From the IMG/VR virus record IMGVR_UViG_3300035675_000001: a stretch of DNA of 64,000 bases. One strand, given 5' to 3'. Origin of the DNA: a virus (taxonomy: Duplodnaviria; Caudoviricetes). Below the pieces are notes generated by a model. It did not search any database. It saw nothing but the letters and a program-made list of their open reading frames with translations, and was not told where the DNA came from. Positions 62,678 to 64,000 of the stretch are shown here, piece by piece. The number at the start of each line of letters is the position of its first letter. The first letter of the stretch is position 1. The translations under genes and the position numbers were made by a program.

Positions 62678-62682
62678 AGAAC
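62678..62682 (-). promoter_or_regulatory. Class II upstream motif GTTCT
   Basis: GTAAAC, 11 nt, CGTTCT; 10 nt to ATG62667. Confidence 0.5.
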
Positions 62683-62725
62683 GCGGACGTTTTTGTTTAC
62701 TTTTTTGGATCGGTCGCCCGCCCTG

Positions 62726-62731
62726 TAGATA
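62726..62731 (+). promoter_or_regulatory. Class III motif variant TAGATA
   Basis: Heads the divergent plus-strand structural-looking genes. Confidence 0.4.
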
Positions 62732-62755
62732 CATCGGGGCCGTGTGCCCTCGCTT

Positions 62756-63187
62756 ATGGTCATTAAGAAAAAGAAAGACACGTTCAACGATTACTCGGTG
62801 GAACTGAGCTGGGGCCAGCTCAACGCCATCTACCGGGCGCTCGAACAAGACCACGCTGATCCTCTTGCGGATGAGCTTTTTGCTGAGCTTGGCTGGTATC
62901 TCCAGAACGTCCCCGGACCCGGTGAGGACGAGGAGGAATACAAGGAGGCCAAGGACGCCGAGAAGCAGGCCATCGAGGGCGGCGAGGAAGCAGGTATGCC
63001 TGGTGAACAGCGCAACCCTGACCTTATCGGCCAGGAGATTGGGGCCGAGGAGCCGGAAGGCGCTGAGGGTCCAGTCGAGGGCCAACCTGCGCCGGGCGGC
63101 GAAGAAATGCCGCAGGCCGGAGAACCTGCCGAGCGACCGGAAGCTGCCGAAGCCGATCAATTCCTGGAACGTCCACCCGTTGGTTGA
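62756..63187 (+). CDS. Hypothetical protein with long acidic/Pro-rich tail
   Basis: MVIKKKKDTF...; Glu-rich C-terminal half. Confidence 0.7.
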   Translation: MVIKKKKDTFNDYSVELSWGQLNAIYRALEQDHADPLADELFAELGWYLQNVPGPGEDEEEYKEAKDAEKQAIEGGEEAGMPGEQRNPDLIGQEIGAEEPEGAEGPVEGQPAPGGEEMPQAGEPAERPEAAEADQFLERPPVG

Positions 63188-63203
63188 GTTCTATTTGGCG
63201 TGA

Positions 63204-63833
63204 ATGAGTGCCAATACCTCACTACTGACGGACGCCTCCCGGCTATCCGCGACGCAGAACACGGAGAACTACGCCGAGGGCGTTGCCGTCCACATCAACG
63301 GCGACTGGTCTCAGCACTATCAGTTCGTCGTGATTCCGCAGGCGTGGATTGATTCGTGCGGCAACACCATCCCCGGCAGCCAGCGCCTTCGCATCCCGCT
63401 GACGGCTTACAACACGGATGTCAACGTCGTGGTGCCCATTATTCCGTTCATCCCGCCCACCAGCGGCGTGGCTCCGTCGATCATCACACCCCCGACCGCC
63501 AAGAATATCGGCTACGGCGAAACGGCCCGATTTGCAGTGATTGCAGACGGCACGCCGATGCTGACCTATCAGTGGTATCACAACGGCAATCTCATCCAGG
63601 GGGCCACGTCCAACCAACTTGCCGTCACCAACGCTGCTCTGGACGATGCGGGCCTGTATTCCTGCACCATCAGCAACGACTTCGGCCAGATTACAACCAC
63701 GCCCGTCCAACTGTATGTCCAGTGGGCGCAGCGCAACTGGCGCGAAACCACGTTTTGGGAGGATGTGGTGGACTTCTTCGACAGTGGGCCACTCTACGGC
63801 CTGCCGCCCGGCACGGTTGATGGACCCCTATGA
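63204..63833 (+). CDS. Immunoglobulin I-set-domain virion protein
   Basis: PSIITPP...ARFAVIADGTPMLTYQWYHNG...LAVTNA...DAGLYSCTISN. Confidence 0.85.
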   Translation: MSANTSLLTDASRLSATQNTENYAEGVAVHINGDWSQHYQFVVIPQAWIDSCGNTIPGSQRLRIPLTAYNTDVNVVVPIIPFIPPTSGVAPSIITPPTAKNIGYGETARFAVIADGTPMLTYQWYHNGNLIQGATSNQLAVTNAALDDAGLYSCTISNDFGQITTTPVQLYVQWAQRNWRETTFWEDVVDFFDSGPLYGLPPGTVDGPL

Positions 63834-64000
63834 GCCAGAAACAATTAGTCACTCAGGGTGAGGTCAAGAACACGATCAGTGGTCTGGACGCGCTGGCCAA
63901 CAACCTGAACGATCACGTCAACGCCAGCATGTCCAAATCACATGGCTGGACGGGGATGGATCAGGAGTATTTCGATTCTGGCGGCTGCTGGCACACAGAC
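63830..64000 (+). CDS. 3'-truncated hypothetical (probably structural) protein
   Basis: ATGA-coupled; open to the window end. Confidence 0.55.
   Translation, partial: MSQKQLVTQGEVKNTISGLDALANNLNDHVNASMSKSHGWTGMDQEYFDSGGCWHTD

Noticed and set aside
1-64000. Stop-codon reassignment (alternative genetic code)
   Set aside because: Long ORFs and dense gene packing are obtained with the standard code; no genes appear fragmented at TAG or TGA.

Overview
This 64 kb, GC-rich window looks like part of a large tailed dsDNA phage genome with T4-type head and contractile-tail features. It encodes a UvsW-like helicase, a prohead-protease-like ORF, a baseplate-like protein and Ig/FN3 proteins; I saw no rRNA, tRNA or CRISPR array. 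A block of small plus-strand genes (1.2-15.2 kb) includes a UvrD helicase, a TOPRIM protein, a methyltransferase and a Tad1/Acb2-hairpin-like protein. From about 15.3 to 62.7 kb almost all genes are on the minus strand. The most striking feature is a set of five proteins (2151, 1738, 714, 372 and 179 aa) built from unrelated small modules joined by about 30 copies of one linker: [hydrophobic]-x-E-[S/A/G]-(acidic run)-[W/F/M/V/G]-K-[D/E]-[V/L/A]. The first half resembles a T4 gp21-type cleavage site, so these may be capsid-packaged polyproteins cut into individually tagged cargo. Recognisable cargo includes an ADP-ribosyltransferase-like module, a NUDIX hydrolase, a 2H (Acb1-like) phosphoesterase and YkgJ-like Cys modules. 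Other observations are three classes of upstream motif sitting very close to start codons, a genome-wide TGT-WW-ACA pseudo-palindrome, two intergenic structured-RNA candidates (one with complementary loops), scattered glycan-modification genes (RfaE-like adenylyltransferase, GT9, GT2-like), an ACP, a prepilin-like protein, and a purple-acid-phosphatase domain inside the baseplate-like protein. All functional calls come from motif recognition by eye; no database searches were run.
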